The notes under the pieces were generated by a model. The model did not search any database, was not told the DNA's origin, and saw only the letters and a list, made by a program, of their open reading frames with translations. A stretch of 64,000 nt of DNA from Spirochaetia bacterium. GTDB taxonomy: Bacteria; Spirochaetota; Spirochaetia; DSM-27196; Salinispiraceae. The translations under genes and the position numbers were made by a program. Positions 58,281 through 64,000 of the stretch are shown in pieces (the stretch's first letter is position 1; each line of letters starts with the position of its first letter). The stretch is from contig JBBRCZ010000005.1 of NCBI GenBank assembly GCA_038204425.1, positions 32,001-96,000 on the forward strand. The letters run 5' to 3'.

Positions 58281-60077
58281 CTAAGCCGATCGGCCAGCAA
58301 GATAAACGAAGGCCACAAAAGTCTGAAGTGTCTGTACGATTATAATGCCAACTATTGCTGCCACCATGCCCAGTCCCGTGAGCAAGGCCATATTAATTAT
58401 GCTCATTATGCCAAAATAAGCAGCGTTCATAAAAATGGTCATAATTGGAACCAAAACTAGCAAAGCTAAACTCGGCAACAATGGTCTGCTTAGATAACGA
58501 CTACGGTTGGACCATGCCCAAGCAATACCAAAAATACCCAAACTAACCATAGAAAGAATTTTTACCAAGTACATCAACAAAGACCTTTGCACGGGTCTAA
58601 GATCCAAATCTGCTTCTCTAACGATGTCCAATATGCTAATCAGCTCAGCTGCAGTCATAATAGACCATGAGCCCTGACTCTCCGCCAACGAGTAGAGCGT
58701 ATTGCCTTCGTATTTTATGGCCACATGATTCTGAATCTCTGGTGCAAATTCACCCTTCAGTATCCGAACCTCCGAGACATTCAATGGGTCTTGCTTGTCA
58801 ATGCTTCGCATAAGCAACTTCGATCCTATAATTTTGCCGCGTTCGGATACACGATGGGCGACAATTTTGCCTGCTTTGTCAAACGTAATTACTTCTGGTT
58901 GAATCAAATACCAGGAATATGCGCCGGGCACAACTGCCTTAGCGTACAAATATTCTACTAGCTCAGCGTTGCTAGCGTTCTTGACTAACAAAGAATTAAG
59001 ACTCCTGCCTTCTATTGCCCCTAAGAGCTCTTCAGAAAAGAAAACTTGTTTGTTTAACGCCTCAAGAACCAATGGCATCCACTCTCTAACATCCATGTCT
59101 AGGTAATCACCTAAGGGGCCTGCACGCTGACCCTTAATGTTATTTTTTTTGACAAACAGCTCAACGTCGAGCAAAGTATAGTAGGCTTCTTCAAAGCGCC
59201 CAGAAGGAAAGTCGGTCAAAATCGCTTTGTTTTTCATTCTATACAACTGTTTTGAGTAATCGTCATCTTTTTCAGAAACCTGATTGGCTAACTTGGTCTC
59301 AAGCAGGTTGCGAATCATTGAAACCTCGATGTCTTTCTGTGGACTAATTCTCTCCGCCAGTTCAATAAAGTAAAGTGCCGAGTAAAAGTCGTCTTGATCC
59401 ACGTACTGTTTGGACTTTTGAATAAGAGCCGCAAGGTCCATGCCAGCTTTCTCAATTGTAGTAACGCTGGCTTGGGCACTCGAACCTGCACCTACGAGAC
59501 CACTTTTTGGGATAGTTGCCGGACTAGTTGAAATCGCCGGCACCTTGATGCTCAGAACGATTGTATCTCTCAATTTCTTAAGTGACTCATTTTCAGGTGA
59601 CAATCGAATTGCCTCTTGTACATCTTGCTTTGCTTGCTTGGAGTTTCCGATCTTTTGGTTCTCGTTGGCAGATTTGATTAACTCCACTAGCCGAAGAGAA
59701 TTGGACTGCGCCAGTTGGTAACTGTTCCTTATTGGTCCATCAAGAAACGCCAAAATTAAAACATAGCCCACTGTCAACAGCACAAGAAATTTAAGACTGT
59801 TGGCAATCGCTGTGACAAAGTTTCCTGTTCCTGCAAAAGCGGATTTATAATTTTGGACGTTTACTAGACCAGAAAAAGCTAGAATAAAGGCAGAAATGGT
59901 TATAGGAAGGTAATATTCAACCCACAACGAAAACACCCTACCTAGTATCCAGGAAAACTGAAAATCCGGATGTATTGAAGCCGATGGAGTTATAAGTGTA
60001 AGAGCCAAAAATAGTGCCAGCGAAAGCAAATGAAACACTAGTACCAAGACAAACACTGACCGGTTTAGGCCTTTCAT
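58281..60077 (-). CDS. Membrane protein with large TPR-like extracytoplasmic domain
   Basis: 3 N-terminal and 3 C-terminal TM segments; TPR-like AIRLSPEN and AERISP. Confidence 0.7.
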   Translation of the reverse strand: MKGLNRSVFVLVLVFHLLSLALFLALTLITPSASIHPDFQFSWILGRVFSLWVEYYLPITISAFILAFSGLVNVQNYKSAFAGTGNFVTAIANSLKFLVLLTVGYVLILAFLDGPIRNSYQLAQSNSLRLVELIKSANENQKIGNSKQAKQDVQEAIRLSPENESLKKLRDTIVLSIKVPAISTSPATIPKSGLVGAGSSAQASVTTIEKAGMDLAALIQKSKQYVDQDDFYSALYFIELAERISPQKDIEVSMIRNLLETKLANQVSEKDDDYSKQLYRMKNKAILTDFPSGRFEEAYYTLLDVELFVKKNNIKGQRAGPLGDYLDMDVREWMPLVLEALNKQVFFSEELLGAIEGRSLNSLLVKNASNAELVEYLYAKAVVPGAYSWYLIQPEVITFDKAGKIVAHRVSERGKIIGSKLLMRSIDKQDPLNVSEVRILKGEFAPEIQNHVAIKYEGNTLYSLAESQGSWSIMTAAELISILDIVREADLDLRPVQRSLLMYLVKILSMVSLGIFGIAWAWSNRSRYLSRPLLPSLALLVLVPIMTIFMNAAYFGIMSIINMALLTGLGMVAAIVGIIIVQTLQTFVAFVYLAGRSA

Positions 60078-61042
60078 AATCCGACCTCTTTCTGCCAGTC
60101 TTTAACGGGCTGCAAAAACAAGTTCAGGCTCCAAAAGAAGAGTCCAAATAAACTGAGAACTAGCGGACCTGTATAGGTCAATACTGCATCTGGTAGAAAG
60201 GAGAAGTTAGCCAAGTTTTGGCTCATGGATAGCCATGCAGTCAATTGAAATAGTACCAAGAGCATAGCTAATGCACAAAAAAAGTTAAAGAGTGGCCATC
60301 TGCTCAGCCTAATAAAAAACCATAGCGAATGTAACGCCAACGACAGTGCGCTCGACCACATCAGAATTTGCAGCAAATTGAGCGTTTTAACTGACGAGGT
60401 CAACGAAGTCCTGATGGCGGTAAATGACTCAATAAACCATTCTACCATAAACCAGCCTGACTCTTGTTTACCAGGCGCTGGATCGAGACTAGAAAGTTTG
60501 ATGCTTTGAGCCCTTTGAGGCAGCAATAGTGCGCTTCCGTCATCAGATACCCTCATATCTTCAACTGGCTGCATTACACTGCCACTAAGGCCTTCGTGAA
60601 TATACCAAGCCTCTTTTTTTTCGTCGGTGGAATTTACTCTCAGCAAATAACCGCCTTCATATTTTAAAACCGATGACCCAGGAAGACCAGCTTTTTGAAG
60701 CGGAATACTAAGCATAGATACCGATGGAATGCTGTTAGAAATTACGCTGAAGCAAAAGAAGCCAAGAGCCCATACTATCGCATTCACCAGAAGTGCCCCA
60801 TAGCGATATTTTTGCAAATGAAGAACTCTAAACATCATTACAAACCATGTAATAACAAGCGCAGGCAACAATATATCAACAAATAGTGCAATGAAAAATA
60901 GAAAAGGCTCTAAGCTCAGCTGCAGTCCAATCCACGTTGCGTTGAAGGAATACAGCCACAGCAAGCGTAGCCCTGACAAGAGAACAATCGCTCCAATTAG
61001 AGATAGACAAAACTGCAAAGGTAACAAGAATAATTTTTTCAT
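60074..61042 (-). CDS. Hypothetical multi-pass membrane protein
   Basis: TM clusters at both ends around a soluble domain; ATG 61042; ATGA overlap with the next gene. Confidence 0.7.
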   Translation of the reverse strand: MKKLFLLPLQFCLSLIGAIVLLSGLRLLWLYSFNATWIGLQLSLEPFLFFIALFVDILLPALVITWFVMMFRVLHLQKYRYGALLVNAIVWALGFFCFSVISNSIPSVSMLSIPLQKAGLPGSSVLKYEGGYLLRVNSTDEKKEAWYIHEGLSGSVMQPVEDMRVSDDGSALLLPQRAQSIKLSSLDPAPGKQESGWFMVEWFIESFTAIRTSLTSSVKTLNLLQILMWSSALSLALHSLWFFIRLSRWPLFNFFCALAMLLVLFQLTAWLSMSQNLANFSFLPDAVLTYTGPLVLSLFGLFFWSLNLFLQPVKDWQKEVGL

Positions 61043-61108
61043 TACCACAAAATCGTAACACGCCCGCAAATACTTGGCAAGGAAGGTTACTAGATCATTT
61101 TGCCTAAT

Positions 61109-61352
61109 GTATCCCCATGTTATCCACAATCAAAGCTCGGTCTCTCAAGTGCAGAAAATTGAAAATCTCCATTACGATATGTAAAGCCAGAATTCTCCAA
61201 AAAAATCGATCCTATTTAAATCGTTATATTAAAACAAATTATACGGACAACCAGCAATCAAATTTTCTTTAGCAAATCGCGAGTTCGTCTCTGCTATAGC
61301 GTAATTGTATTCCATACAGGGATGTGCGTGATTTATACCCAAGTTATCCACA
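61109..61352 (+). promoter_or_regulatory. DnaA-box cluster in AT-rich intergenic DNA (candidate oriC or DnaA-binding locus)
   Basis: Perfect TTATCCACA at 61120-61128 and 61344-61352, each preceded by a degenerate box with a 2-bp gap. Confidence 0.6.
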
Positions 61353-61375
61353 ACAGAATTCGATGGCTAAATTTA

Positions 61376-61984
61376 CTATTTTATTATGGAGTAACCTTTT
61401 CTGCTATGCGAGACAATAATGTCGCATCCGATGCCCGCGGAGAAAGGCTTTAGCTGCTTCCTGATATTTGAAATCTGCACATCAACTAGCCTAGAATGCA
61501 GGTTTCGCATACCGATGACCAGCTTCAAGTGCTCGCGCAAAATAGGTCTCCCGCAGTTCCTTAAAAGGCACTTAAACAACAAGGCAGCTTGCATGGGTAG
61601 ATCGAGATTGAGTCGGTCTACAGAAACAGTGCTTTCGCCAATATGGACGACACCCCAGGTAAAGTAAATACCTTGAACGCCAAGCACTTTTTTGCTTCGT
61701 GCCACAAGTTCGCTCATGGAAAAGACATTTCTAAGGTATTCAGCTGCACCTGCCAAGAAACAGCTGTCCATATCATCCCCGTCACCATATGTCATAATCG
61801 GTGAGTTGACCTTGTAGAGCAAATCAGTAATAAAAAACGAAGGGCAAAGGTAGAGATCTCCATCTATAGCAAAGTGGTCGAGGTCGCACCATTCAAAGTT
61901 CAATTCATCAAATTCTAAAAGTGGGTAGCGCAGCCTGTCAACAAAAGGCGCCTCAGATAAGCAAATGACGCGGCATTTTCTCAT
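61376..61984 (-). CDS. OmpR-type winged-helix regulator with degenerate receiver domain
   Basis: AGAAEYL..FSMSELVAR; SRLVDVQISNIRKQL..RKGY; canonical DD/D/K receiver residues not evident. Confidence 0.75.
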   Translation of the reverse strand: MRKCRVICLSEAPFVDRLRYPLLEFDELNFEWCDLDHFAIDGDLYLCPSFFITDLLYKVNSPIMTYGDGDDMDSCFLAGAAEYLRNVFSMSELVARSKKVLGVQGIYFTWGVVHIGESTVSVDRLNLDLPMQAALLFKCLLRNCGRPILREHLKLVIGMRNLHSRLVDVQISNIRKQLKPFSAGIGCDIIVSHSRKGYSIIK

Positions 61985-62020
61985 GAGCTTCCAAAAACAT
62001 CCATAGTAATAGCGGCCGGA

Positions 62021-62572
62021 CTACCCTAAAAAGATCTGCCCGCTATTGTCTATTGCCAAAATTGTCTTGCAGTTAGAACACCTAAATCGGCCAGCTTTGG
62101 AGGCCTTCAACTTAGTGGCACAAATAGGGCACTTAAAAATTCGAGGAAATATTGACCCTGTTTCGGGTTCAGCGCCTTTTACGAAGAAGCCAGTCGCCTC
62201 GTCGAGATTTTCTTTGATGTTGAAAAACTGAGAGAATCCAAGTAGTTGAAATACCTCATATACTTTGGGTTGAATTTCCAAGAGAACGAGATCACCACCT
62301 CTTGGCTTTACGGCTTTTAGAAAGGCGGTAAATGATCCAATACCTGTACTTGAAACGTAGTTCAAACTACCACAGTGGAAAATAAGGCGGGTAAAGCCTG
62401 ATTCTATAGCCTTGTTGACCCTTTTTTGGAAAAAGTTAGAATTGTACGTATCAATATACCCAGTGAGATACATTACTAGGCAGCCATCGGCGCCATCTAT
62501 TTTTTGAAGACGAATCTTGAGACTTTCGTCTTTCTCTTCGTCAAATCCGGGTACAATCTCGTTGTTACTCAT
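62021..62572 (-). CDS. STAS-domain anti-sigma factor antagonist with C-terminal zinc ribbon
   Basis: LTGYIDTYNS, YVSSTGIG, VFQLLGF; CPIC..CSNC. Confidence 0.9.
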   Translation of the reverse strand: MSNNEIVPGFDEEKDESLKIRLQKIDGADGCLVMYLTGYIDTYNSNFFQKRVNKAIESGFTRLIFHCGSLNYVSSTGIGSFTAFLKAVKPRGGDLVLLEIQPKVYEVFQLLGFSQFFNIKENLDEATGFFVKGAEPETGSIFPRIFKCPICATKLKASKAGRFRCSNCKTILAIDNSGQIFLG

Positions 62573-62670
62573 AGTTCACCTTCGTATCCTGGCATTATTC
62601 ACCCATCATAAGAGATACTTAAGATAGTATGCATTGGTTTTGTCTTTGTCAAACACGTGTTTTACTTTTT

Positions 62671-63417
62671 TCATGATAAATCACTCAAAGATGTCAATAT
62701 CGCTCCATTTACTACCTTGGCCGGAACAGCTAGCATTATCTCTATCATTTTAGCCCAATCCCCAGGGTTTTGCAGGGTTTCGACTGCTTTTTTTTTCTGG
62801 GAACCTTTAAACTCTTCTTTAGTATAATACTCTGTTTCAACATATGCTGGGCATAATCCAATGATTTGTACATTACTGCGGCCAAATTCTCTAGCAGCAC
62901 TTTTAATCAGCACGCTTAATCCGGTTTTGGCCGAGGCGTAGGCTGCTGTTTGTCGATATGACCGAATAGTGTCAGAGTTACTGGAGCCAAACACAAATAT
63001 CTTTCCGAATCCTCGTTTGGCCATATGTGGCGCGTAGGTGCTAATTAAGGCGCCTGGCAGCGCAAGGTTAGCACTAGCCATCCATTCCCAATCGGCGGGA
63101 CTAGTCTGAGCCAGCGATCCATAGAGTACCGGTCCAAAAGATATAACTAAAATATCTGGTTCGAGCTTTGGAATTGCCTCTATAAAGTCAGTAGCTCCAC
63201 TAAAAGGCCTAAAAATACCTTGAGTTTGACATTTTCCACTGTTGAGTTGTTTTGTGAGTTCATCTAGTTTTGCCAGATCTTGCCCACCATGGATCCAAAG
63301 CTTCTGACAGTGTTTGGCCAAAGTACGAGAAACGGCGGCGCCAATGCCACCACTACCCCCAATTACTAAGGCGGTGAGTTTTTCTTGACCAGAGACTGAC
63401 AACATCATATCATCCAT
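62671..63417 (-). CDS. Short-chain dehydrogenase/reductase
   Basis: GGSGGIG, S, YASAK catalytic motif. Confidence 0.9.
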   Translation of the reverse strand: MDDMMLSVSGQEKLTALVIGGSGGIGAAVSRTLAKHCQKLWIHGGQDLAKLDELTKQLNSGKCQTQGIFRPFSGATDFIEAIPKLEPDILVISFGPVLYGSLAQTSPADWEWMASANLALPGALISTYAPHMAKRGFGKIFVFGSSNSDTIRSYRQTAAYASAKTGLSVLIKSAAREFGRSNVQIIGLCPAYVETEYYTKEEFKGSQKKKAVETLQNPGDWAKMIEIMLAVPAKVVNGAILTSLSDLS

Positions 63418-63433
63418 AGTTGAGAGGTTAAGA

Positions 63434-63892
63434 ATGAAATTATTTTTGTCAATGTTAATGTTCCTTTTTGTTGCTGCCGGCCTGAATGCCGATCTCTACT
63501 CTGACTTTAGGGCCTTGGTTGATCTTAACGCAAGCATAAAGAGCCTTGCTAGCCAACCCGAACAGATTCGCAAAGACAAAATATACCTTTTAGAAGGCAC
63601 GATTGCCAGTCTCCAGGTTGTTGATAAAGATCCACAACGATTCTACGCCGAAGCCGTTTTTATTAGCGCAGAATGGAAAGACAAGAAGCAGCTCTTTGGT
63701 TACAAGGTAAGTCTAATCTTCAACCGGAACGAGTTTTCTAGCCGTATTTTTAATAGACCTCAAGGAGCGCAAGACGAGATTGTCTCCAATAGTCGTGGTC
63801 TGGCACTGGTAAAGTATGAAGAAACAATCACTTTGCCTGACGGAAGTCGCTCTCCAGTTTTTTCGGTCTATGACTTTAAGCTGTTAAAGTGA
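63434..63892 (+). CDS. Hypothetical secreted protein
   Basis: GAGAGG RBS; signal peptide MKLFLSMLMFLFVAAGLNA. Confidence 0.75.
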   Translation: MKLFLSMLMFLFVAAGLNADLYSDFRALVDLNASIKSLASQPEQIRKDKIYLLEGTIASLQVVDKDPQRFYAEAVFISAEWKDKKQLFGYKVSLIFNRNEFSSRIFNRPQGAQDEIVSNSRGLALVKYEETITLPDGSRSPVFSVYDFKLLK

Positions 63893-63912
63893 GCTTCCCA
63901 CGATTCGTTGGG

Positions 63913-64000
63913 TTAAAACAGCGCGGAACCACGTAAGTAAAGTTCTAGTTCAACGAGATTTCCCGGCCATTTATGTTTAAAAAGCGCTTTCCAATCTATG
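63913..64000 (-). CDS. 3' end of a gene resembling the sigma54-activator AAA+ lid (partial)
   Basis: IDWKALFKHKWPGNLVELELYLRGSALF* contains WPGNxxEL; not in the supplied ORF track. Confidence 0.55.
   Translation of the reverse strand, partial: IDWKALFKHKWPGNLVELELYLRGSALF

Overview
Gene-dense core-chromosome window, probably from a member of the Spirochaetota. That assignment is inferred from the spirochaete-like STAS/zinc-ribbon protein, the Asp-type MurA and CheX, and was not verified by a search. No intact mobile element, CRISPR array, tRNA or rRNA was seen. Ordinary content: Moco biosynthesis genes (mobA-moeA-moaD-moaE-moeB), an arsenic operon (ArsR-ArsC fusion, acr3, arsC), leuB, dsbD, corA, ahcY, glyA under a ZTP riboswitch, hisA/hisE, pyrC, thrC, aspartate kinase and murA. 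The strongest novelty candidate is 18.5-24.6 kb. A consensus sigma54 promoter precedes a tightly coupled operon of a CheY-like regulator, CheX, a complete ammonium transporter fused to HAMP-PAS-Hpt-CheA-type kinase domains without CheW (class III HK-like), and a PAS-adenylyl cyclase; a second membrane cyclase follows. The second candidate is an MrpA-less Mrp/Mbh-type antiporter operon with PTS-EIIA and P-II-like genes inserted and a domain-swapped MrpB. Also notable are paired DnaA boxes in an AT-rich gap with no dnaA nearby, and several relic loci compressed by internal deletions (ABC exporter; ECF sigma/anti-sigma/caspase; glutathione peroxidase; a possible cyclase). All protein calls rest on motif recognition by eye.
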